Positions 30,499-37,068 of a stretch of 37,068 nt of DNA are shown piece by piece (position 1 is the first letter of the stretch; every line of letters begins with the position of its first letter). The stretch lies in the sequence record SRR22947727_1585; one strand, written 5' to 3'. The notes under the pieces are model-generated. The model was not told the DNA's origin. It made no database searches and saw only the letters and a list, made by a program, of their open reading frames with translations. The position numbers were made by a program, and so were the translations under genes.

Positions 30499-32427
30499 TT
30501 ACCTTGAGAGCTTGCCGTTTCCATAACTAGAAGTGACCTTAAATCCAACGCCAGAGGTTTGCTCACCGCTAGAAATAGTGTCCTTAATCATATTTATCTT
30601 ACTCTTAGAAACGCTAAATGAGACATAAAGGTCCTTGAGTCCAATGACATCATTACTCAAAGGATACGCCTGGACTTCAATTACATTGTTTGGTAGAGAA
30701 GTGCCTACAATACGAGTTGTGAATAGTTTTACCTCACCTTTCGTGTAGTCAACGATACCAGCATCTTCAAAAATTGTCGTGTATCTATACTGATCAACAT
30801 CACTAATAATCTCAGAGATAATGGAGATCTTACCAAGTCCACTACCATCTAGATTTCCATCAGCATCCTTGTTTGGAATGTCGGTAAGATAAACAGTGTC
30901 ATTTAGACCAAATACACGGAATCCAGTTGACTTGATATTTCCACCCGATGCCTTATAGTAGAAAGCATTACCAAAGCACAACTCATACTGAGCAAACAGG
31001 TTCAATGAGGCAGCAAGGTTTCTTCTCACAATCACTTTTGTGATATTAGAGGTTACAGAAATATCAGTATCGTCAATTACCTTCTGAACCTTGGAATACT
31101 TGAATCTACCACCAAACTTATTGAGGTCAACAGAAGTAGCATAAGAATCCAATGACTTTGTAACTGATGTCTTGAGCGAATCACCAGTACTGACTCTTGT
31201 ATTGTCGTAGTAGACAGAAGATTCCAACTCAACGAATAGAATCTTAAGATCTACAATCTGTTGGTTGATACCAGCAATAGCATATTGCTTCAAAGAGTCC
31301 AAAATGGTTCTTTTGTCGAAATCGGAGACTTCTGTTCCATTTACAGGTTTGATACTGATAATGACATTACCGAATTGTGGTGGATCCAGTTCTTCACCAC
31401 CAACAACGGAGACAGATTCGGTATTAGCATAAACAGACTTAATAATGCCCTCATAGTCACGAGGTGTAACTGCCCTGTATTGTGCCCCGTAGATACGAGG
31501 AGAGTAGTATTTGATGGATTGGACACTCTCGATGTTTCCACCGTTTCTAGCGCCTTCTACGATGCTTATAGTGACACTATTGATTGGTGCTGTAGTTGCT
31601 CCGAGAGAGGTTTCGACACTTCCGGCAAATGAGAAGGAAGTTGGACCATTTCCATCTTCACCATCTGTAACAATGTAGTTGGCAGTGATTCTTTGACCAG
31701 TCTGTAACTTATTACCGAAGATACCATCACCAAAAATCAACTCATAACGCTCTTGCTCAACTTCATTGACAAAGTAGATGTCACTGTCTTTATTGATGTT
31801 TACAATATTTGCTGCCCTATTCCATTTTTTACCTTTTCCAGTTTCATTGGAGTCAGCAATACGGACAACCAATGTGCTGTAGTCCATACTGGAGTTATTG
31901 ATGATAAATCTCTGGTCTAGAGAACCATCGTAACCAAATTCTGTCTGTAAGTAGGTTCCTTGAAAGATTGTAATTGGTTCTTCAGGAGTACCAAAGTTGG
32001 CAACACCATTCTCATCTACAGTCGCCGTAATATCCTCTGGAATGCTGAAGACATAGTCGGTGCCATCATATTGACCTACAGCGACTAGACCCGCCTTCAG
32101 GGACAGCGTAGGGGTGTTTGCTTGAGTTGTAATGGAGAAGTATATCTGTGCTTGAGCAGATCTCTTGGACCTCGGTAGATAACCGATGTTTCCAGCAAGA
32201 GATGAAACATTTTTACGAACTGTAGCAGAGTCAAGGAATGACTCATTTACAATCATATTGGCATTGACTGAGTTGATATAAGCGTTATATGCCAGAGTAT
32301 CAATCAACACAGAGAAGTTAGACCCGTCAAAGTCAAATCCAGTGAAGTCGGAGTTTGCTCTAAGGTAGTCTTTGATAGACTGACGGATTTGGTCGTAATC
32401 TAGGTTGGTAAACTTGGTGAATGACAT
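30499..32427 (-). CDS. gp6: Baseplate wedge subunit
   Basis: Contains LDYDQIRQSIKDYLRANSDFTGFDFDGSNFSVLIDTLAYN, YELIFGDGIFG, QYRAVTPRDY and WGG-equivalent VVGGEELDPPQFG. Confidence 0.96.
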   Translation of the reverse strand: MSFTKFTNLDYDQIRQSIKDYLRANSDFTGFDFDGSNFSVLIDTLAYNAYINSVNANMIVNESFLDSATVRKNVSSLAGNIGYLPRSKRSAQAQIYFSITTQANTPTLSLKAGLVAVGQYDGTDYVFSIPEDITATVDENGVANFGTPEEPITIFQGTYLQTEFGYDGSLDQRFIINNSSMDYSTLVVRIADSNETGKGKKWNRAANIVNINKDSDIYFVNEVEQERYELIFGDGIFGNKLQTGQRITANYIVTDGEDGNGPTSFSFAGSVETSLGATTAPINSVTISIVEGARNGGNIESVQSIKYYSPRIYGAQYRAVTPRDYEGIIKSVYANTESVSVVGGEELDPPQFGNVIISIKPVNGTEVSDFDKRTILDSLKQYAIAGINQQIVDLKILFVELESSVYYDNTRVSTGDSLKTSVTKSLDSYATSVDLNKFGGRFKYSKVQKVIDDTDISVTSNITKVIVRRNLAASLNLFAQYELCFGNAFYYKASGGNIKSTGFRVFGLNDTVYLTDIPNKDADGNLDGSGLGKISIISEIISDVDQYRYTTIFEDAGIVDYTKGEVKLFTTRIVGTSLPNNVIEVQAYPLSNDVIGLKDLYVSFSVSKSKINMIKDTISSGEQTSGVGFKVTSSYGNGKLSR

Positions 32428-32828
32428 TACCTAGTTGCCTCTAAGATGAATGTAAATGACTGTGGTGGGAACTCTTGCCCAATAATATCGTAAGTAATAG
32501 TAACCTCTAGAGTATGTGTCTCTGGAAAAGGTTTTACAGTGGCACCGATGTTGCTAATTCTTGGTTCGTGATTCTTGAGAGCAGTTAGAATCTGCTCTTC
32601 AAGGATACCTGCTGTGCCGAAGTCACACAATTCAAATAACTGCGAGCGAATATCAGCACCAAAATCGGGATCAAATGGTTTTTCTCCCAAATTTGTTTCA
32701 ATGATATTTCTGACTGCCCTATTGATAGCACGCTCATTTCTAATCACACCAATATCTCCTGTCACCGGATGAGGGGTGAAGGAGAGACTGATGTCTTTGA
32801 ATGCTCGTGAGATCCTTTGGACTGCCAT
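32427..32828 (-). CDS. gp25: Baseplate wedge subunit (GPW/gp25 family)
   Basis: Contains FKDISLSFTPHPVTGD..NERAINRAVRNIIETNLGEKPFDPDFG..QLFE..HEPRI and is TAATG-coupled to gp6. Confidence 0.95.
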   Translation of the reverse strand: MAVQRISRAFKDISLSFTPHPVTGDIGVIRNERAINRAVRNIIETNLGEKPFDPDFGADIRSQLFELCDFGTAGILEEQILTALKNHEPRISNIGATVKPFPETHTLEVTITYDIIGQEFPPQSFTFILEATR

Positions 32829-32840
32829 TAGGAATGACGA

Positions 32841-32859
32841 TATTTATATTTTATTTATC
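32841..32859 (-). promoter_or_regulatory. Tandem late promoters (GATAAATA 32852-32859 and TATAAATA 32841-32848) heading the baseplate operon
   Basis: Two consensus late motifs immediately upstream of gp25. Confidence 0.8.
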
Positions 32860-33027
32860 GTTGCATTTGCAAGGTGCCTTATCACACGTAACACATTCAC
32901 ACTCAACACCACAAGAAGGACATCTTCCTTCAATTTCTCTTTGTCTGCGGATTGAAAGTGCCCAATCTAGAGAGTGTTCGTCTGTTACGAGGCGTACACC
33001 GGGAATTCGATCTACTTGGCGTGGCAT
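32851..33027 (-). CDS. 58-aa protein with a Cys-rich C-terminus
   Basis: Translated by hand: MPRQVDRIPGVRLVTDEHSLDWALSIRRQREIEGRCPSCGVECECVTCDKAPCKCNDK. It fills the gap exactly and has a TTAAATA motif upstream (33047-33053). Confidence 0.75.
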   Translation of the reverse strand: MPRQVDRIPGVRLVTDEHSLDWALSIRRQREIEGRCPSCGVECECVTCDKAPCKCNDK

Positions 33028-33045
33028 TTTAGTAAAAGCAATTGG

Positions 33046-33654
33046 TTATTTAATGTAAAAACCCTTTCGGGTGTAGTCTAGGGAGTCTATGTAGGAATAT
33101 CCATCGGGTGGATTTACATCTTCATCCTGATAAACAGGAATTGCGACTGAATTGCCCCAAACAAAGTCAGGATTACTCCTCAAATGGACCTCAATGAGGT
33201 TTCCATTGATGTATTCCACGTTTATTGTACTATACTCTTCTGAAATTTGTTCCAAAATTGATGGAAATGCAATATTTCGCTCAATTTTACGCCAAATTGT
33301 CCATTTTGACTCTTCAATCGAAGAATAGTGCAGACGTTTTTCGCCGGTAACGACTAAAACGGGTTTTTTGTGCACAAAATCGACTGAAATGTGCTCTCCA
33401 GTGAAGTACTCACACCAAAACTCTCCGGGATGTGCATACTTTTCGGTCAAATCGGTCGGATGTAAGTTTATTCTTCTTGCATTGCGACCCATTCCCAAGA
33501 AATTCATCACTGGACGGATGATATAGTCCCCTTCCCACGGTACTGGAGCACCAACTGGTCCACAATTGTATCCCAACTTGCGTGCTAATTGTAGTTTGTT
33601 GTAAATCCAGAGGTCATCTGGTCTTATTTGAACAAACTCTTCCAATACTTCCAT
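33046..33654 (-). CDS. Divergent ATP-grasp-like protein
   Basis: The likely start is the ATG at 33654, because the longer start lies inside a terminator. YIIRPVMNFLGMGRNA, FWCEYFTGEHISVDF and INVEYINGNLIEVHLR parallel the ATP-grasp KP..G.G, QEY..G.E.SVD and E..IEVNPR motifs. Confidence 0.7.
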   Translation of the reverse strand: MEVLEEFVQIRPDDLWIYNKLQLARKLGYNCGPVGAPVPWEGDYIIRPVMNFLGMGRNARRINLHPTDLTEKYAHPGEFWCEYFTGEHISVDFVHKKPVLVVTGEKRLHYSSIEESKWTIWRKIERNIAFPSILEQISEEYSTINVEYINGNLIEVHLRSNPDFVWGNSVAIPVYQDEDVNPPDGYSYIDSLDYTRKGFYIK

Positions 33655-33694
33655 AAAAAAAGAAACCACCCACATTATATATGGATGGTTTCTT
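33655..33694 (-). terminator. Rho-independent terminator
   Basis: The minus strand reads AAGAAACCATCCA-TATATAATG-TGGGTGGTTTCTT-TTTTT: a 13-bp stem with one G-U pair, then a U tract, just after the stop at 33700. Confidence 0.8.
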
Positions 33695-33699
33695 GAATA

Positions 33700-33834
33700 T
33701 TATTTTTTACCTTGACCACGATAACGCTTTCTCTTGGCGTTTCGTGATGATGCAGCATATTTAGTGTGCTGCCCTGACCCTTGACGAGTCTTCTTTGGTT
33801 TTGATTCTAACTGGACTTTCGTTTTTGAAAACAT
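33700..33834 (-). CDS. 44-aa basic peptide (KKTRQG...RYRGQG type)
   Basis: Translated by hand: MFSKTKVQLESKPKKTRQGSGQHTKYAASSRNAKRKRYRGQGKK. Preceded by an AGAGGAG Shine-Dalgarno and followed by a terminator. Confidence 0.85.
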   Translation of the reverse strand: MFSKTKVQLESKPKKTRQGSGQHTKYAASSRNAKRKRYRGQGKK

Positions 33835-33835
33835 T

Positions 33836-34000
33836 TTACTCCTCTTGATACATTATGTGAGATACATTGCCTGGACCTGGTGATCCATCCTTTGTATAGA
33901 AACCCTCGGCGAGGTCGTCCATCATATCAAAGAAGTCATCCTCAGACAACCCCTTTTGAAAGACCTCACCATCTATTAGTATGTCGTAGACATACTTCAT
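33836..34000 (-). CDS. 54-aa acidic hypothetical protein
   Basis: Translated by hand: MKYVYDILIDGEVFQKGLSEDDFFDMMDDLAEGFYTKDGSPGPGNVSHIMYQEE. The ATG overlaps the upstream TGA. Confidence 0.8.
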   Translation of the reverse strand: MKYVYDILIDGEVFQKGLSEDDFFDMMDDLAEGFYTKDGSPGPGNVSHIMYQEE

Positions 34001-34767
34001 CAGATTACACGAGTCTTCTCGTGACCAACTCGGATGCGTGGGTCACACCAGATCTCCATACCTGCTGCGATTGCGTCGAGACAGAATGAAACATCTTCTC
34101 CACACATATCCTGGACCTTACCAGAATCAAAGACTTGCATCTTAGGAGCAAACCAGGGATACTTCATCTCATCGTGCTCAAAGACACCTTTCTTGATTAG
34201 TACCCAACCGAAACCAGTGTAGTCAACAGTGAATGGTTTCTTACGCTTTTGAATACCATCAACCATCTCATGGTTCATCACTCCACCGTTCTTAGCGAAG
34301 TCATCTTCTTCCAACCAGTGAGCAACAGATGTAGTGCGTCCATCTTCAGTGGAATACCAACCAGAAGCAATGTCCTTATCCATAAGAACGAGTTGATATA
34401 GTTTATCAGTATTGAAAACAATATCACTGTCAATCCATAGTTGATAGTCATACTTGAGACGACCATCCCATGGTAGTTGGTCTGGACCACGGAGGACATT
34501 TGCACCTAGACACTTACAACGTGCAAAGTTGACCATTGAGGAGTAGTCCTGACTGATTTGAATATTAGCGCCAATCGACACTAGGTCAAAACAGAGTTGG
34601 ACAAAATTCTTGAGAAAGGTGTAACTTACACCACGTCCGGGAAGACAAAATACAATGCTCTTACCTTTGAGCATCTCTTTTGCTTTATTATAATCCCATT
34701 CAGTTGCCTTACTGGCTTCCTGACCTTTGGGAGGTTGTTTTGCTTTAACTGTAAATCCTTTAGCCAT
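34000..34767 (-). CDS. Glycosyltransferase-like protein (GT-A fold, GT2-like)
   Basis: 255 aa. Has a DxD motif in YQLWIDSDIVF, plus TGFGWVLIKKGVFE, GEDVSFC and DPRIRVGHEK. Confidence 0.85.
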   Translation of the reverse strand: MAKGFTVKAKQPPKGQEASKATEWDYNKAKEMLKGKSIVFCLPGRGVSYTFLKNFVQLCFDLVSIGANIQISQDYSSMVNFARCKCLGANVLRGPDQLPWDGRLKYDYQLWIDSDIVFNTDKLYQLVLMDKDIASGWYSTEDGRTTSVAHWLEEDDFAKNGGVMNHEMVDGIQKRKKPFTVDYTGFGWVLIKKGVFEHDEMKYPWFAPKMQVFDSGKVQDMCGEDVSFCLDAIAAGMEIWCDPRIRVGHEKTRVI

Positions 34768-34803
34768 TGTTTAGAAATTCAACTCATACTAGTATGTAGT
34801 GAT

Positions 34804-35004
34804 TCAGTAAGATGCCTCACTGAATTCTTTAGGTGAGGTTTCTACAACCTCATAGGATAGTTTAGCACAGTCATCTAGTTTCGTCAATTCAAGGAACGCC
34901 TTGATATATTGCATCTCGTGTTCGAAGTCATCTTTACTCAAACAGTTCTTCACACAAGTGTCGTTTACATAGATGTGATAAAGTTTATCAGTTAGTTGTT
35001 TCAT
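34804..35004 (-). CDS. 66-aa hypothetical protein
   Basis: From the ORF track. YHIYVNDTCVKNCLSKDDF resembles the 54-aa ORF at 33836-34000. Confidence 0.8.
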   Translation of the reverse strand: MKQLTDKLYHIYVNDTCVKNCLSKDDFEHEMQYIKAFLELTKLDDCAKLSYEVVETSPKEFSEASY

Positions 35005-35164
35005 GTTGAGTTAATACCGCTCGGTCACCATCGAATGTCCATTCTAGTTCAGTTCCCTCATACCAATCCATTTCATTTAGGATTTGTTCGGGAATCTTAA
35101 CAAGCAATTCACCTGTTGCTATGTCCTCTTCAATCTCTGTAGTGTAGTAATTTTCTCTTTCCAT
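34988..35164 (-). CDS. 58-aa AbrB/SpoVT-like DNA-binding protein
   Basis: Translated by hand: MERENYYTTEIEEDIATGELLVKIPEQILNEMDWYEGTELEWTFDGDRAVLTQHETTN. It fits the AbrB pattern G.l.v.IP..i...lgw..G..l.w. Confidence 0.75.
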   Translation of the reverse strand: MERENYYTTEIEEDIATGELLVKIPEQILNEMDWYEGTELEWTFDGDRAVLTQHETTN

Positions 35165-35223
35165 ACTTTCATCAGATTTAAATTAACTGCTGTATATAGT
35201 GATTGCCTCACTTATATTTAAAA

Positions 35224-35820
35224 CTAGTCATAATTGATACTTATAGAAATACGATTTTCAGAACCCTCATGATAGGTGACCCAGTGCCATAAATGCCCCG
35301 GAAGAATATAGAAACGATTCTTCTCAGGAGTGATATAAAAGCACTTACCCCATTTATGATTCTTATAGGTACTTGTATAACAAGATCCATCATTACGACT
35401 TAGTACTAAATCACCGGACCCCTCAGGGCACGATACAAATAAGATACCAATCAACTTTGACCGACCATGGTTATGAGGATTATGATGAGCATTCTTCCCA
35501 CCAATATTTACCCACCACTCGATCTTCTCCAATCCTTCATCATCAAACTGCTCTTGAAGAAGTATTCCAGCATAATCGAAACACACTGCCATAAGATTAT
35601 CTAATACTTCTACACCAGACTTCCTGGTCCGAGTAAAAGTCTTAGAGTGGTAGGATTCACAGTTTGACCTATTATCGGTCTCAGGATATAACTTCTGGAC
35701 CTCAAGGCACGCTGATGTCAAATCGCCCTCTGGGTCTCCATAAGGTTCTGCTCCAACAGAGTGAACAAAGTCACTGAAGAGAGTATCCTGAAGGGGGTTT
35801 GAAAAATTAGGTTTCGTCAT
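35224..35820 (-). CDS. 2OG-Fe(II) oxygenase-like protein (TIGR02466-like)
   Basis: Contains WWVNI...HNPHNH (HxH), SGDLVL, P....ILPGHLWHWV (distal His) and RISISIN (RxS). Confidence 0.85.
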   Translation of the reverse strand: MTKPNFSNPLQDTLFSDFVHSVGAEPYGDPEGDLTSACLEVQKLYPETDNRSNCESYHSKTFTRTRKSGVEVLDNLMAVCFDYAGILLQEQFDDEGLEKIEWWVNIGGKNAHHNPHNHGRSKLIGILFVSCPEGSGDLVLSRNDGSCYTSTYKNHKWGKCFYITPEKNRFYILPGHLWHWVTYHEGSENRISISINYD

Positions 35821-35913
35821 AAGTGCTTTAGAATAATGTTACGGAAGCGCCCTCAGCGGACCTCAGTGTGCTCTCCACGATACTCAGTGGTAATCAATAT
35901 ATCTCAATGGTTT

Positions 35914-35922
35914 ATTATAACA
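35914..35922 (-). promoter_or_regulatory. Extended -10 promoter TGTTATAAT
   Basis: Exact TGnTATAAT about 95 nt upstream of the oxygenase ATG. No recognisable -35. Confidence 0.5.
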
Positions 35923-36177
35923 CACAATAAGATAAAGAGTGTTTCTGAATATCTTACCTAACGGTATATCTCTCAGTATACTACTTAGGCACTCTACAGT
36001 ATACAGAATCCAGTGAAGAGAGTATTCATCGTATTACTCTAAGATACTCAGAGGACCACAGAGGAACTTATCCCGCCTCCTTCGGAGGACCTTCGGTATC
36101 CCTTATCGCTACGCTCTGTCTTCGACTAGAATATCCTTTTAATTACTTAGCTGGTCTTTGTTTCCTCCACAAGGTCG

Positions 36178-36206
36178 ATTATAGAGTATTTTGAGACAGT
36201 TGTCAA
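36178..36206 (-). promoter_or_regulatory. Perfect sigma70 consensus promoter TTGACA-N17-TATAAT
   Basis: The minus strand reads TTGACA ACTGTCTCAAAATACTC TATAAT, with -35 at 36201-36206 and -10 at 36178-36183. Confidence 0.9.
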
Positions 36207-36438
36207 CCTCTGTGTTTATATGGTAAAATAGTAGACGACGAATGTCTCATTACATTCGACCTCTGGGGACTCTGAGTACCTGGGAAAAAAATTGAGATCA
36301 GAGAGATATAGAGGTCGATTTTTACTTTTGTAGGTTGCCAATGGGGACTTTTTTATATAACGCGATCGGCGGCATCGGACCCCATCACCCCATATACTGT
36401 CATTTGCACGAATAGACCGAGGCACTGTCATCCCAACG

Positions 36439-36468
36439 AAAAACCCCCACCGATGACGGCAGGGGTTT
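36439..36468 (-). terminator. Rho-independent terminator closing the early mini-operon
   Basis: The minus strand reads AAACCCCTGCCG-TCAT-CGGTGGGGGTTT-TT, a 12-bp stem with two G-U pairs, 13 nt after the stop at 36482. Confidence 0.85.
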
Positions 36469-36481
36469 GGTGAGTGTAGAA

Positions 36482-36610
36482 TCAGGAGCGACGACCCCAC
36501 GAGGCAACTTGAATGGCGGTGAGCGGAGTATCGTGTTGAGTGCCGTCGGTCTTGGTGGCAATCCATCGACGGGTCTTCGTTGCTAGGTCGGAAGCGAGGA
36601 GGAAACTCAT
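36482..36610 (-). CDS. 42-aa early hypothetical protein
   Basis: Translated by hand: MSFLLASDLATKTRRWIATKTDGTQHDTPLTAIQVASWGRRS. ATGA-coupled to the upstream ORF and followed by the terminator. Confidence 0.7.
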   Translation of the reverse strand: MSFLLASDLATKTRRWIATKTDGTQHDTPLTAIQVASWGRRS

Positions 36611-36696
36611 AAGGAGAGAAGCAGAGGAATGAGAGGGAGGACGAACGCCCCAACCATAGTGGCGGGGACGAGGTAGTTTAGAACGGTGATGGTCAT
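36607..36696 (-). CDS. 29-aa hydrophobic early peptide
   Basis: Translated by hand: MTITVLNYLVPATMVGAFVLPLIPLLLSL, with ATGA overlaps at both ends. Confidence 0.65.
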   Translation of the reverse strand: MTITVLNYLVPATMVGAFVLPLIPLLLSL

Positions 36697-36944
36697 ACTA
36701 GTTCGGTCATCATTTCGTTGAGTTCGATTCCGTCCAACTCGGTGGCGGTCCAGGAATAACCATCGGGAGTCTCGGTCATTCCCATTTCGCTCATCGTGTC
36801 GGCGAAGTGCCCGTAGGTGCCACCGTTGCTGACGATATCACAGGCGAGGCGGTAGAGACCCTCATCGTTTCCAATCCAGAGAGCGACATTCCAGGTGGCG
36901 CGGTTTGCCCATCCGTTGTAGGTCGTGTCGGTGGCGTTGGTCAT
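36693..36944 (-). CDS. Early hypothetical protein (YNGW.N..TWNVALWI.NDEGLY family)
   Basis: 83 aa with an AAGGA Shine-Dalgarno-like sequence and an early promoter upstream. The motif is typical of small early phage proteins. Confidence 0.85.
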   Translation of the reverse strand: MTNATDTTYNGWANRATWNVALWIGNDEGLYRLACDIVSNGGTYGHFADTMSEMGMTETPDGYSWTATELDGIELNEMMTELV

Positions 36945-36975
36945 TTGGTTGGTGTCCTTTGTTTGGTATGAATAT

Positions 36976-37035
36976 AGTATAGACCGAAACGGGGGCGAGT
37001 CTATCGCCCCTGTGCCAGTTTACTGAGCAGCACAG
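36976..37035 (-). promoter_or_regulatory. Early promoter TAGACT-N16-TATACT with an upstream AAACTGGCACA element
   Basis: -10 at 36976-36981 and -35 at 36998-37003, flanked by the inverted repeat GGGGCGA/TCGCCCC. An upstream CTGTGC...GCACAG dyad is also present. Confidence 0.65.
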
Positions 37036-37068
37036 CTCTCAGTCACCATAGTGGAGAGGACATTAGCG

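Noticed and set aside
33655-33675. N-terminal extension MWVVSFF of the ATP-grasp-like ORF
   Set aside because: It lies within the terminator hairpin, so the ATG at 33654 is more plausible.
34000-35820. Oxygenase plus glycosyltransferase as a TET/JBP-type DNA hypermodification system
   Set aside because: The oxygenase has the HxH TIGR02466-like pattern rather than TET/JBP motifs, and no methyltransferase is adjacent. It is not excluded, but it is unsupported.
36076-36097. Plus-strand cUUCGg RNA tetraloop hairpins
   Set aside because: The stems pair perfectly only around 3-nt loops. The tetraloop register mismatches at once, which favours minus-strand GAA triloops.
36216-36653. 145-aa minus-strand ORF
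   Set aside because: It has a non-ATG start, overlaps two ATGA-coupled short ORFs, reads through a clear terminator and has an unprotein-like composition.
1-37068. tRNAs, introns, inteins, homing endonucleases, recoded stop codons
   Set aside because: I recognised none. The long ORFs are uninterrupted under the standard code.

Overview
The window is part of a T4-like myovirus genome, most likely a marine cyanophage of the Kyanoviridae type, judged from gene families, gene order and late-promoter motifs. Essentially all real genes are on the minus strand. In transcription order (right to left) it holds: a GC-richer early mini-operon (36482-36944) with promoter and terminator; a ~600 bp non-coding block with a perfect sigma70 promoter and a cluster of GNA-triloop mini-hairpins; a cassette of 2OG-Fe(II) oxygenase, AbrB-like protein, glycosyltransferase-like protein, ATP-grasp-like protein and several short ORFs; the baseplate and neck module (gp25, gp6, a 4478-aa gp7, gp8, a 2458-aa virion protein, small structural ORFs, gp13, gp14, gp15); gp16; a variable gp16-gp17 insert; and the 5' part of gp17. 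I translated eight short ORFs and the gp17 fragment by hand because the ORF track missed them. The most interesting observations are recursively nested domain insertions in gp7, a candidate promoter-primed origin with ssDNA-type hairpins, a putative head-internal polyprotein with prohead-protease-like cleavage sites and a capsid-targeting-like motif, and apparent RGCY depletion. All family assignments come from recognised motifs and synteny, not from database searches.
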